From positions 64,001 through 128,000 of IMG/VR virus record IMGVR_UViG_3300015607_000582: a stretch of DNA of 64,000 nt, one strand, 5' to 3'. Shown in pieces: positions 17,108 to 27,164 of this stretch (positions within the stretch are counted from its first letter, which is position 1; each line of letters starts with the position of its first letter). The position numbers and the translations under genes are program-made. The DNA is from a virus (lineage: Duplodnaviria; Caudoviricetes). The notes under the pieces were generated by a model. That model saw nothing but the letters and a program-made list of their open reading frames with translations. It ran no database searches and had not been told where the DNA came from.

Positions 17108-17566
17108 TCAGCGACCCAGCACCACGCTGGCCTGCGCCAGCACCCGCTCGCGCAGCTCACGCAGCTCGGCCGAGCGTGCTTCGAGGAAGTCGGCCGGAGG
17201 CTCCTCGTCGTGCTCGGCCATGTACTCCTCGTAGGCCATCTCCTTGGCGTACTTGGCGTACGTGCCCGGCACGAACGTGAACGTGTGGATGAGGTACGGC
17301 TCGCCCATGGCGGTGCAGATGAGGTCGACGACACGCAGGCCGACCATCGGCTCCTCGTGGTTGAGGATCCTCGTCACCTGCCGAGGCGAGAGCCCCTCAA
17401 TCGGCGCAGTCCAGCGCGACAGGTCGAACTCGTAGTCGTGCTCCTCGGCCGCCTCCTTGAGCCGCTCGATGAACGGCCTGAGCACCGCCGACACCTCCCA
17501 TACCGGCACCTGACTGCAGTCGTTGCGGCTGATCTTGGGCACGCTGACGCCAGAGGTGGATCCCAT
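17108..17566 (-). CDS. Possible HTH DNA-binding protein
   Basis: GLSPRQVTRILN...VVDLICTAMG resembles an XRE-type HTH; GGGGAG RBS. Confidence 0.5.
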   Translation of the reverse strand: MGSTSGVSVPKISRNDCSQVPVWEVSAVLRPFIERLKEAAEEHDYEFDLSRWTAPIEGLSPRQVTRILNHEEPMVGLRVVDLICTAMGEPYLIHTFTFVPGTYAKYAKEMAYEEYMAEHDEEPPADFLEARSAELRELRERVLAQASVVLGR

Positions 17567-17726
17567 GATTTTCTCCCCGTTGTAGTCCCACTGCGACCGG
17601 CGTCCCGAGCCGGTTGCATGATGTGCGCCGGGAGGCTACCCCAAGTGCATGATGGACTACACGAAGAGGCCACGAGATGGCCGCATAAGTGTGCTCCGAG
17701 CGGCGTTTATCGCCCTCAAGGTGGGT

Positions 17727-20700
17727 CTACTGCTTGGGCCTGAAGGGGTCACCCGCCGCGCTCAGCGCAGCGATGTCGTCGTAGTTGACCCACCCGGTGG
17801 CGTAGTGCGGATGGAGCTTGCCGACATCGTTGAGCGGGATGTGGACGAGCACCATCTTCATGAACGGCTCGATGTCGACCACCTCGCCCCGGCGTCCGGG
17901 CTGCAGATCCGCATACTGGTCGCGCCACTCGGGTGCGCCATTCGGGCCGCTGTCGGCGTTGACGCGCTGCTGCAGCTCCGGGTGCCACCCAAGGTCGAGC
18001 GTCCGGTAGATGGGCAGACCGTCCTGCGACTCGCCGATGGGCTGCGCGCCCGGAATCGGGATCTTGCCCCCGCGCACCTCCAGCGTCACGGGCTTGCGGA
18101 GCTGGAAGATGGCCTTCTGGTTGCTCTTGCGCGACATGGCGTACCACGCCTCGACATCCTGCTCCGCCCCGAAGTGGAACTCGGAGCGACGCAGGGCCGT
18201 GACCGAGGCGAGCACCGCCACCTTGATGCGCTCGTAGCGGTACGGGTCGCCCGCCATCTTCCTGACCTGCGCCTCGTAGTGCTCATGCGCGAAGCAGACC
18301 GGCACCTCGTCCCCTCCGCCGAACCGCATGATCGTCTTGGCGGGCTCGCCGCAGTGACGACACACGGGGGCCGCGACCTTCGAGTACAGGTGCGCCGGGT
18401 GGGTCGGAGACCAAGCGATGGCGTTGGCTGGAGCGCCCGGCTCGTCCACCCGCCGAGCACTGGGCTCGATGAGCGGCTGCTGGGGGCGCGGCCCCTCGGG
18501 GTGCTCAGACAGGTTGTGCTCGGGCACCCACCGCTGGCCCTTGGACGTGTCGTCGTAGCGAACCTCGTACTGCCAGTACGAGCCGACCGCGTGGGCCGAG
18601 CCATTGTTCGTCGGATCGAGCCACCTGCGCTCGACGACCACTCCGGGCTCGCGCAGGTAGCCCACGTAGGTGTGCGCGCCGACCTCGAACTTGGGCGGCG
18701 TGGTCAGGTGCGACAGCGGCACCTGCATGTGCTTCACGCCCGGCAGGGTGGCCGCCGCAGGGGCGACTGCATTCCCGAGCGGATAGTCGGAGGCGGGTCG
18801 GCCATTGACGGCAGGGAAGTTGACCAAGAACGGGTTGTGCGGATCCTGCTCGACGCCCTCCAGCGGCTCCTCGCCCCACCTGCGATGTCGGACGTCAGTC
18901 AGGTTCGACTTGAGCAGCTCGAAGCCGTGCAGGATGCTGTTGTAGAATCGTTCGAGGTGCGTGCCGGTGTCGAACTGCTGGTTGTTCTGCTCGCGGGCAT
19001 GGGCACTGACACTCCGCACCGCACCGGCAGCGACGTTCAGCTCGCCGACGATGCGCGTGGCGATCCGGATCAGCTCCGGTCGAAGCGGATCGCCGCGCTC
19101 GTCGGTCGGGGACGTCAGGAAGCGACGCTGCAGATTGCGGGCCATCTCCTCAAGCGAGCCCGCCGTACCGTCGGGATTGCTGAAGCCCCAGTTGCGACCG
19201 CCGTGAGCCTCCATGTTGCAGCCCGCCGTGGCGAGAGCCGCGATGGCCTGAGACAGCTCGTCCTCGTCGTAGTTGACGCCCCAACTCGACTCCTCGGTGC
19301 CACTCAGTTCAAGGATGTGCTCGACCAGCTCCTCCTCGACCTTCTCCCAGTCGATCTCATCGACGTAGTGCGCTTCTTGGTAGTCGCGCGTCTCGCCGTC
19401 GTCGTCGTACTCGTACTCGCTGCTGGCGGTGAAGCGGTCGAAGTCGTCCTTGAAGTCGATGGCGTCGTCGAGGTCGGTGATGCTGAACGACTCGCCGTCG
19501 TGCCAGTAGTCGCCGTAGTGCTCGCGCCGCTCCTCCAGCCGCCGCTCCTCGTCGTAGCCGAACTCGTGATGGTCGTAGGCGGCGCTGTCGTTCTCCTCTG
19601 ATCGGTCGACGGTGATGTCGTACTTGGCGGCGACGTCGTTGTAGAAGCGCACCATGATGTCGGAGACAGGGTTCTTGCCGGAGCGTTCGACGCTGCGCTC
19701 GTCGAGCGGCTGGTTGTCGTTGGCGCGCACCTCCAGCGGCACCCACTCGTTCGCGTAGGGAAAGCCGCCACGCCTCCCGCGCAGACCGATGAACAGCGAC
19801 GCGAGCGGTCGACCCGACTGACTCCGCAGGCCGACGGCGATCTGGTTGCCGTCGTAGATCGGCGCACGGTACTGCTCGCCGTATGAGCTGTCAGAATCGG
19901 CGTAGCAGTGGCTGAGCATCTCACCATGGCGCTCCATGGAGTCGCTGTCGTTCGGGTCGAGGACGACCGCGTAGTTGCCCTTCTTGTCCTCCCAGACCTT
20001 CTTGTCCTCGTCGTCCCAGTAGATCGAGTTCGTCTCGGGGTCGAGGCCGATGCTCTCCAGCTCCCCCACCCACGAGCGCAAGCTGGAGAAGTCATCGCCC
20101 TTGGGGTCGAAGCCGCCTCCGCCAACCTCGCGGTCGCCGTACATCCGCTGCCACTCGATGAAGGGGATCGCGTTGTCGAGCGTCGAGAGGTCGTAGCTGT
20201 TGACGGGGTTGAGGCGCTTGGCCTTCACCTCCTCGGCGATCCACGGGTAGATGGTCGCTGCCTCGGGATCCAGACCCTCGATGAGCTGGGAGATGACCTG
20301 CAAGTTCGTCAGCCCGGCACCCTCGCCGTCGTACTCGCTGCCGCGCTTGACCATCTTCGGCGGCTTCGACCACCCCTCGACACGGAGCTGCGCGATCCAG
20401 TAGGCGTCGCCGATGATCTCCCTGATCTCCTCGGTCAGGGGAACCTTGCGCTCCTGTCCGTCGCCGAGATCGAGGAACAGCTCATCCGAGAGCGGGATCG
20501 CGCGCAGGCTGTGGCGGACTTTGCTGACACGCCAGAGGTTGCCGGGGGAGATGGTGAAGTGGGCGTCGTTGTCCCAGCCCTCATCGGAGTCTGGCTGGAC
20601 GCCCGCCTCGCGCATGATCGCATCGAAGAGCTTGACGTACTCGCCGCCCCATCGACGCCAGATGAACTCGGGCGACGTGTTGCGCACGACGTCGCCCTCC

Positions 20701-20951
20701 ATGATCCGACGCGGGTCGAACGGCTCCTTGGCCCACTTCTGGGGCTCAAGCTGCTTGAGCAGCGACTCGCGCTTGCGCTCCGCGTACTCGGGGTCGACCG
20801 CCGCCGTGCGACGAAGACCAGACGCCAGCGAGCGCATGACGTAGTCGTGAACCGGGTTGGTTCGATGCACCTCGCCGCAGTGGGGGCACGGGCGCTCGTC
20901 GTCGCCACCGATCCAGTTGGCGAGCGTGCCTTCGCTCCATCCGTCGATCAT
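17727..20951 (-). CDS. Polyvalent multidomain protein C (Zn ribbon, PcfJ-like, SH3-like, Zn finger)
   Basis: CPHC; GEMLSHCY...LRS..GRPLASL...EVRANDNQ; FEVG..YEVRYDD..WVPEHNL; CRHC..C..H. Confidence 0.7.
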   Translation of the reverse strand: MIDGWSEGTLANWIGGDDERPCPHCGEVHRTNPVHDYVMRSLASGLRRTAAVDPEYAERKRESLLKQLEPQKWAKEPFDPRRIMEGDVVRNTSPEFIWRRWGGEYVKLFDAIMREAGVQPDSDEGWDNDAHFTISPGNLWRVSKVRHSLRAIPLSDELFLDLGDGQERKVPLTEEIREIIGDAYWIAQLRVEGWSKPPKMVKRGSEYDGEGAGLTNLQVISQLIEGLDPEAATIYPWIAEEVKAKRLNPVNSYDLSTLDNAIPFIEWQRMYGDREVGGGGFDPKGDDFSSLRSWVGELESIGLDPETNSIYWDDEDKKVWEDKKGNYAVVLDPNDSDSMERHGEMLSHCYADSDSSYGEQYRAPIYDGNQIAVGLRSQSGRPLASLFIGLRGRRGGFPYANEWVPLEVRANDNQPLDERSVERSGKNPVSDIMVRFYNDVAAKYDITVDRSEENDSAAYDHHEFGYDEERRLEERREHYGDYWHDGESFSITDLDDAIDFKDDFDRFTASSEYEYDDDGETRDYQEAHYVDEIDWEKVEEELVEHILELSGTEESSWGVNYDEDELSQAIAALATAGCNMEAHGGRNWGFSNPDGTAGSLEEMARNLQRRFLTSPTDERGDPLRPELIRIATRIVGELNVAAGAVRSVSAHAREQNNQQFDTGTHLERFYNSILHGFELLKSNLTDVRHRRWGEEPLEGVEQDPHNPFLVNFPAVNGRPASDYPLGNAVAPAAATLPGVKHMQVPLSHLTTPPKFEVGAHTYVGYLREPGVVVERRWLDPTNNGSAHAVGSYWQYEVRYDDTSKGQRWVPEHNLSEHPEGPRPQQPLIEPSARRVDEPGAPANAIAWSPTHPAHLYSKVAAPVCRHCGEPAKTIMRFGGGDEVPVCFAHEHYEAQVRKMAGDPYRYERIKVAVLASVTALRRSEFHFGAEQDVEAWYAMSRKSNQKAIFQLRKPVTLEVRGGKIPIPGAQPIGESQDGLPIYRTLDLGWHPELQQRVNADSGPNGAPEWRDQYADLQPGRRGEVVDIEPFMKMVLVHIPLNDVGKLHPHYATGWVNYDDIAALSAAGDPFRPKQ

Positions 20952-23900
20952 CGCCAGTTCTCCTCGAAGTTGCTCATGTCAGTCGACCGCTCAGCGATCA
21001 GGTTGTCAGGGCCGACCCATCCCTCGTGACCGTCATCAAACTGGACGTGGTAGACGGTGCCACCCTCGAAGAGGCCGTCGGGCTCATGCTTGACCTCGAT
21101 CACCCGGCCCGGCTTGTCGATGACCTCCGGCCAGTCGGGGATCTTGGCACGGGCATCTGGATGCGTGACGAGGCGGTAGATGACGCGATCTCCGCCCTTG
21201 AAGCGGTAGTCCGTCGCGCGCAGCTCCTCGGGCACCTCGTGGATGCGGCGGTTGTACTCGGCTCGATGAAGTTCGGTCCACGCCTGCCGCTCGTCCTCGT
21301 CCATCTCGCCATCAAGGTAGCGGCGGTTCTGCTCGGCCATGAAATCATCGACTCTGCCGTCGGCACGCCAGTAGTCTTCGTACTCGTCGCCCACAGACGA
21401 GTACGTGCCGGGGAACTGGGTCGGGTTGCCGGGGTTCTCCCAGCCGGGCGGGTTCGCGCCGGGGATCGACGTCGGGTTGGTCGGCGGCACCGGCTGACCG
21501 CCGGGCGGCGCGGTGATGTCGAACAGCTTGAACTGGCCGGGGCCGGGGCCCTTCTTGCGCTGCGGCGGGGTGAACGGGTTCGCCGGGCGCGGCGCGATGG
21601 GGCCGGGCGGCGGGCCCGCAGGCTGCGCTGGCATCTGCTGCTCGATCTGCTCGCGCATGTCCGGCAGCGAGATGATCGGCGGCTTGTCGTCGGGGCTGAA
21701 CGAGCGCGGGAGCTTGTCGAGATCGAGGCCGAGGTCGGCCCGCTGCTCGTCCATGCCGGGAATCTGGCCCTTGTTGCGCTCGAACAGCTCGTCCTCCGAG
21801 AACGGGGTGACGCGCTGGCCCGGCGCGGGCTTGAAGGCGGGGTCGAGCGCCTTCAGCTCCTCGATGCCTTCGAGCGGATGCGACTTGCTCGCCCAGTACA
21901 GCGCCCGGACGTGAGAGCACGGGCGGCCCTCCAGCCGCTTCCACTTGCGAGTGCGCCCCCACGCATACTGCGACCACTTGCAACCGCAGTGCCACATGTC
22001 GATGCTGGACGACCTCGGGTCAGTCGACTCGATCTCGACCTCGTAGTCGCCATGGTCGCCGATGACATGGCCCTGCGTGAGGATGCCGGGCTTGGTGGGG
22101 TGAATGCCGTGGTAGTTGACGGTGACCTTGCCATCGCGAATCAGGCGCATGGACTTCTGCATGGTGTTCTCGGCCACCACGAGGCGCATCCCGAGCCCGA
22201 GCCCCGCGACCTTCGCGATGTGCTCCCCGGTCAGCTTCTCGATTGCGGGATGGAGCCCCGCGTTGGCGATGGCCTTGTACGCCACGTTGGCGTCGCTGAA
22301 GTCTCCGAGCCCGGCGCGCTGTGCCTCCTGCCGCGACTTGTGGAGCTGGTGCCAGAACTCGCGTGCCGCATCGGGCGCGTACATGAGCAGCAGCTTCATC
22401 TTGTCGACGACCATCTCGGCGTAGGCGCGCAGCGAGGGGCGCACCTCCTTCGCCATCGACTTGTCCGGCGGCACGATCCACTCGCGCTTGTCGAGGTCGT
22501 AGCCCGAGCGCAGGCCGGGCTTGTACAGGTCCTCGCGGCGGATGTCAGCCGGAACCACGTACGCCTGCAGCGGGATGTCAGTTCCCGGCAGCTTGGTGCC
22601 GTCGACGCTGCCGACCATCACCTTGACGAGGTCGGCCCGAACCCAGTCGGGCATCCGGGCGGCGTCGACGAAGAGGCTGACGTCGAAGTCGGACGGGCCG
22701 GTGTCATCGTACTGGTACGTCGTCAGCGAGCCGGTCAGGACGAGCGACAGGTACTGGTCGGGGTCAGGCCATCCGGCGGCGACCATGGCGTCGGTGATGG
22801 TCTTGCGGACGAAGTCGATGATCTCGGGCTTGACGTCAGGGGTCGCCGACGACGGGTTGTCGAAGACGTGCGAGCTGAGCTGGTCGCGCACCGGGTCGAG
22901 GATGTTCGCAGTGCGCCGCTGGCGCAGGTGCGGGTAGTCGTCAAGGATCGCCTCGTCAATCGCATCGAGGTCAATACCTCGCTGAAGCGCATCCTTGACG
23001 AAATCCTCGTGCGTCCAGAGCCACGACTTGTCTGGCACGACGCCCGATACGCTGCCGACATCCTCGGCTTCGTTCTGGTACCAATACCCAGTGTCGTCCC
23101 ACCCCTCGTTGATGGCGTGGTTCGCGTATGCGTCGCCCGAACCTCCGTGCCAGTCCCCCATGTCCCCGCCGTTGAACGGATACCCCATCTCGTGAGCGTC
23201 CGCCATATCGTCTTCTCGATGGGGAGAGACACGAACGGGGATGAAGGTCGGCTTGGTGTGCCAGTCCTTGGGCCCCTTGTGCCATGTGTCCGCAGTCTCT
23301 GCGCGCAGCGCATCGAGCGGCTCGTGCGGCTGCCACTTGAGGCTGCTGGCATTGCCGCCAGCGAGATTCGCAGTCATCGCTTCGTACGCCGCCTTCTGCG
23401 TGCCGAAGTGGATGACGCCGTCCCCCATCTCCCCGGCCGGGGTCGCGTGCCAAAGCGTGTCGGGGTGACGCTCGAACTCCCACTTGGTCATCTCATGGGG
23501 CTCGCGCTCATCATGGCGAAGGCTGCCCGAGCCGGGCTCTACACGATGCTCCCAGTCCTCCCAGAGCGCGTGCGCCTCGGCGATCATGCGCTCGGTCTCG
23601 TGGTACGGGTCGATCAGGTCGCCCGTGGCGAGTGACACGAGTACGCGGTCGCGGTCGACCGACGCGAGATGGCGCTCGGCGGTCTCGAAGCCGATCATCG
23701 CCACGCGCACGAGCGCGCCCGGCCCGCAGTGACGGGTGACGACCTCGCGCACGGTGTCGGGCTCGACGCCTTCGACGGCGATGTGGAGGTCGCCGGGCTG
23801 CATGGGCCGTCGCTGGACGACGTCGCGGACGGTCTCGCCTGCGACGTAGACGGTGCCGTACTCCAGCAGCTCCTGCGCGGGCTCCCAGAGCGGATCGCAG

Positions 23901-24226
23901 GCGAGGAGCTTGATGCACTTGGCCGCGATGTTCGACGACGCGAGGCGGTACCGCTCCTCGCCGACCAGCCGGTAGATGTGCTTGATCTCCAGCTCCGGGT
24001 GCATGGTGTACCAGAGCCGCGTCAGGTGGAACACCGTCCACGGCATGTCCGTGTCCGTGCGGATCTGCAGATTGCCCTTCGGGTCGTAGACGCCTTCGAC
24101 GATGCCGCCGGGGTTGAACTTACCGGAGATGTCTGCGTGCCGCTCGCCGGGCTGGCCGACGTAGACGCGGTCGCCCTCGATGTCGTAGATCATCGGGATG
24201 GGGCCATGCAGCTCGACGTCAGGCAT
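20948..24226 (-). CDS. Polyvalent multidomain protein B (degenerate PAP/CCA head, ART-like, Pol-beta nucleotidyltransferase, SWIM, SH3-like)
   Basis: VYVAGETVRD..DLHIAV; LWHAT..IHFGT..YQNEAEDVGSVS; LTGSL..SDFDV; CGC..CSH; FKGGDRV..VQFDDG. Confidence 0.72.
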   Translation of the reverse strand: MPDVELHGPIPMIYDIEGDRVYVGQPGERHADISGKFNPGGIVEGVYDPKGNLQIRTDTDMPWTVFHLTRLWYTMHPELEIKHIYRLVGEERYRLASSNIAAKCIKLLACDPLWEPAQELLEYGTVYVAGETVRDVVQRRPMQPGDLHIAVEGVEPDTVREVVTRHCGPGALVRVAMIGFETAERHLASVDRDRVLVSLATGDLIDPYHETERMIAEAHALWEDWEHRVEPGSGSLRHDEREPHEMTKWEFERHPDTLWHATPAGEMGDGVIHFGTQKAAYEAMTANLAGGNASSLKWQPHEPLDALRAETADTWHKGPKDWHTKPTFIPVRVSPHREDDMADAHEMGYPFNGGDMGDWHGGSGDAYANHAINEGWDDTGYWYQNEAEDVGSVSGVVPDKSWLWTHEDFVKDALQRGIDLDAIDEAILDDYPHLRQRRTANILDPVRDQLSSHVFDNPSSATPDVKPEIIDFVRKTITDAMVAAGWPDPDQYLSLVLTGSLTTYQYDDTGPSDFDVSLFVDAARMPDWVRADLVKVMVGSVDGTKLPGTDIPLQAYVVPADIRREDLYKPGLRSGYDLDKREWIVPPDKSMAKEVRPSLRAYAEMVVDKMKLLLMYAPDAAREFWHQLHKSRQEAQRAGLGDFSDANVAYKAIANAGLHPAIEKLTGEHIAKVAGLGLGMRLVVAENTMQKSMRLIRDGKVTVNYHGIHPTKPGILTQGHVIGDHGDYEVEIESTDPRSSSIDMWHCGCKWSQYAWGRTRKWKRLEGRPCSHVRALYWASKSHPLEGIEELKALDPAFKPAPGQRVTPFSEDELFERNKGQIPGMDEQRADLGLDLDKLPRSFSPDDKPPIISLPDMREQIEQQMPAQPAGPPPGPIAPRPANPFTPPQRKKGPGPGQFKLFDITAPPGGQPVPPTNPTSIPGANPPGWENPGNPTQFPGTYSSVGDEYEDYWRADGRVDDFMAEQNRRYLDGEMDEDERQAWTELHRAEYNRRIHEVPEELRATDYRFKGGDRVIYRLVTHPDARAKIPDWPEVIDKPGRVIEVKHEPDGLFEGGTVYHVQFDDGHEGWVGPDNLIAERSTDMSNFEENWR

Positions 24227-27158
24227 GGGGCTCTCCGTTCAGTCCGATGTGCGATGGCGGGAACAGCTCGGGCGGGCGCGGGTCGCCCCACACGTCGCGC
24301 TCAGGGCCGACGTAGTCGCCAACGTGGACTGCCGGTCGGCCGATCTTGTCGCGGAACTCCGCCATCGGCCCCATCCTGCGCACGACGGTGACGGGAACGT
24401 GCGTGTGGCCGAGGCTCTCTGCCATCTCAAGGCGGTGGTGGCCCTCGCCGAGGTAGGCATGGCCGTCGGCAGCACTCCACTCCAGCATGAGCGGCTGGTT
24501 GATGCCGTGCTCGGCGATGTGGTCGCGGAGGCGCGCGAAGCTGACATCGTCGTTGATCCTGTCGCCTCCCGTCCGGTCGAACTCCGCGAACCGCCTGACT
24601 TCGGAGATCGGCATCATCTCGGCGAACTGCATCTGCCATCCCGGCTTCTCGCTGTACTGCTGCCACTTCGGGGTCTCGCCACGGTCGATGGACGACCAGT
24701 CGGGCTCCTGCGCCCATGGCGCGGCCGTCTTCGGCCGTCGGATGCGCTCCGGAAGCTGGCTCCCGTACTGCTCGCGCCAGTCGCCATGATCCCAGTCGGT
24801 GACGTAGCTCGGGTGGATGGGGCCACGGTGCGTCATGCCCGCATCGTGGGGCACACGCGGCTCGTCGTGCCAATCCTCCTCGGGAGGGTAGGGGTCGGCG
24901 TAGTTGCGCAGGCTCTCGTGGAGATCCTCGGGCAGGTGCGGCCAGAGCCGAATCGCCTCGGGGATGCGAACCCGATCCTTGCTCGATCCGGGCAGCTCCT
25001 CCGGCGGCACCTCGCCGTGCTGTGTGACCGCGTCCCAGATGTCATGCGTGGGGTCGTACCACTCATCCCATCCGTGCGTGCCGCGCTCCAGCTCGTGAGG
25101 CTCGTAGTCGTCCTCCTCCTGCGCGACCTGCTTCCACTCGTCGCGCTCGTCCTCTGGGCGGCGCGTGTGGTGGAGGATGTCCGCGAAGTGCTCGGGGTCG
25201 CCCTGAATGCGGCTGGGGTCGAGGCCCTGCATCTTGACGATGACGGGGTCGTTGAGCTTGTTGTTGATCGCCATGGTGCCCGCCCACTGCGCCGCCGTCT
25301 CGTAGTGCGGGAACACGTAGACGTGATCGGTCAGGCGCGGCACCCACTCGACCGTGTGCGAGGGATCCTGCTGGAACCTCGCGGGCAGGATGCCGCTCTG
25401 CTGGATGACCGGCAGGTTGGAGCGATCCGTGACGTGGTACCACTCGTCGTTGAACCGACCCATGCCGACTGCAGTCCAGCCCGCGACGACGCCGAGCTGA
25501 TCCTGCTTGCGCTGGTAGTCGACGAAGTTGTTGGGGAAGGTGGCGTCCATGTTGACGTAGGGGTCGACCTCGCTCGGCAGCGGGTCGGCTCGCGTGTGCT
25601 CGGCGACAGTGTGCTCGCGCCATGCCCCGTAGTCGGGGAAGTGCTCGCCGCACTCGGAGCACTCGTACGCACCGCCGTTGGGCTCGCCCTCGTCGGGGCC
25701 GTCGATGCTCCATCCGGGCGGCGGCATCTGGTCGAACTGGTCGGTGCCCGCCCACTCCTTGTTGCGCCAGTCCTTGACGCCGGGGTTGTTGGGGCCGACG
25801 CCGAAGCCTGCGGCAGTCGTCTGCGACCACGCGACGGCGTCCGGGGACATGTGGCCCCAGTCGTGCTCGACGGCCCCGAAGACGCGACGTGCCTCTTCGA
25901 GCAGGGCGGAGGCGACGCCCGTCCGACGGTACTCGGGCTCAACCTGCACTCCGCCGATGACCCACTGCCCCTGATCGCCCTTCGCGACCGACAGGATGCC
26001 CACGGCCGTCTGCCCCGAGTAGGCGATGAAGTGGTTGAGGGTCTGCTTGATGGCGAAGGACGGCGGCAGCGGCATGGCCGTACGAACGCGACCCTCGACC
26101 TGTCGCATGCGGAAGTTGTAGAGCACCTCGTTGAACGAGCTGTCGATCAGCCACGCGAGCGGGTCTTCGACCTCGGTGACCGTGTAGTCGACCCCGTTGA
26201 GGCGGTAGACGCGGCCGACCTGCGGCACGCCCTCGCTGTCTGGCGTCACCTGCGCGGCGGGGGCGGCCGGGTTGATCGGCTGCACGCCCTCGCCACGGCA
26301 GTTGCAGTCGCCGCGCTCGCACTTGCGGAGCTGCGCCTTGGCGTTCCGGTCGCTACGGTAGTCGCTCGGCGTCGCGGCGACGTTGACCTTGTGCCCATTC
26401 TGCACGAAGCGGAAGTGGCCGCCCGGCAGCGGTACCAGCTCCCACCCGGCCTTCGTGGCCTCGGGGAATCGCTGGAGGATCTTGCGGTTGGCTACGCGCT
26501 CTCGCGGAAGGCGGCGCTCTTGACCTGAGCCTCGCGCAGGCTCTCCGGCGTCGGCTGCCAGCCATCCGTCACGCCGCACGACGGGCAGGGGAAGGTCTCG
26601 CCCTCCCGGTGCGCCACCCGATGCCCGCAGCTCTGGCACGGACGCCTCCAATGACCGCTCGCCGTCTGCACGACGGTCGGGTCGCCCTTCTCGAACTTCT
26701 GCATGGATGGCTTCATGGTCACTCCTCAGTGTGCCCGTTTTCTCCAGATGAGGCAACCCCTGCTCGTCGATCAGCCCCTTGTAGTTCCATCCGTAGGTCT
26801 TGGCGGCCTTCTTGAGCGCCTTCTCGACGATGTCCAGCTTCATGTTGCTCGACAGCAGCTCGAACTCGGCGTCCCAGCGGTCGAACAGGTGCAGGATCCC
26901 CTTGGCGTGGGGCCGTGAGAAGTGCGAATGGCTCGCCATCTCCAGCATGAGCTGGTGATCTGCGGTCGGGTGGATCAACACCTGATCCTTGCCCACGACG
27001 ACCCAGTTGTAGGGCGTCGGCTCGTGGCTGGGCTCGACCCGCGTGTAGTCAGGGCGAGGAGCGAGCGGCTGAACCTTGGGGCGGGCGTCGTTGGCCGCCT
27101 GCGGCTCCTCGGCGGGGTAGGCATCGCTACCGGAGGTGTCAGAGGTTCGGTGCGTCAT
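24219..27158 (-). CDS. Polyvalent multidomain protein A (HicA-like, GNAT, C2H2, ART-like, ParB-like)
   Basis: GGHFRF..ATPSD.R; VQVEPEYRRTGVASALL; CSEC..F..H..H; YHVT..I.QSGI.P; GINQPL..EGHHRL..VPV. Confidence 0.72.
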   Translation of the reverse strand: MTHRTSDTSGSDAYPAEEPQAANDARPKVQPLAPRPDYTRVEPSHEPTPYNWVVVGKDQVLIHPTADHQLMLEMASHSHFSRPHAKGILHLFDRWDAEFELLSSNMKLDIVEKALKKAAKTYGWNYKGLIDEQGLPHLEKTGTLRSDHEAIHAEVREGRPDRRADGERSLEASVPELRASGGAPGGRDLPLPVVRRDGWLAADAGEPARGSGQERRLPRERVANRKILQRFPEATKAGWELVPLPGGHFRFVQNGHKVNVAATPSDYRSDRNAKAQLRKCERGDCNCRGEGVQPINPAAPAAQVTPDSEGVPQVGRVYRLNGVDYTVTEVEDPLAWLIDSSFNEVLYNFRMRQVEGRVRTAMPLPPSFAIKQTLNHFIAYSGQTAVGILSVAKGDQGQWVIGGVQVEPEYRRTGVASALLEEARRVFGAVEHDWGHMSPDAVAWSQTTAAGFGVGPNNPGVKDWRNKEWAGTDQFDQMPPPGWSIDGPDEGEPNGGAYECSECGEHFPDYGAWREHTVAEHTRADPLPSEVDPYVNMDATFPNNFVDYQRKQDQLGVVAGWTAVGMGRFNDEWYHVTDRSNLPVIQQSGILPARFQQDPSHTVEWVPRLTDHVYVFPHYETAAQWAGTMAINNKLNDPVIVKMQGLDPSRIQGDPEHFADILHHTRRPEDERDEWKQVAQEEDDYEPHELERGTHGWDEWYDPTHDIWDAVTQHGEVPPEELPGSSKDRVRIPEAIRLWPHLPEDLHESLRNYADPYPPEEDWHDEPRVPHDAGMTHRGPIHPSYVTDWDHGDWREQYGSQLPERIRRPKTAAPWAQEPDWSSIDRGETPKWQQYSEKPGWQMQFAEMMPISEVRRFAEFDRTGGDRINDDVSFARLRDHIAEHGINQPLMLEWSAADGHAYLGEGHHRLEMAESLGHTHVPVTVVRRMGPMAEFRDKIGRPAVHVGDYVGPERDVWGDPRPPELFPPSHIGLNGEPHA
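26492..26716 (-). CDS. Zn-ribbon protein nested in an alternative frame of polyvalent protein A
   Basis: GAGGAG RBS, ATG 26716, strongly GC3-biased codons, CQSC...CPSC. Confidence 0.7.
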   Translation of the reverse strand: MKPSMQKFEKGDPTVVQTASGHWRRPCQSCGHRVAHREGETFPCPSCGVTDGWQPTPESLREAQVKSAAFRESA

Positions 27159-27164
27159 GAGGCT

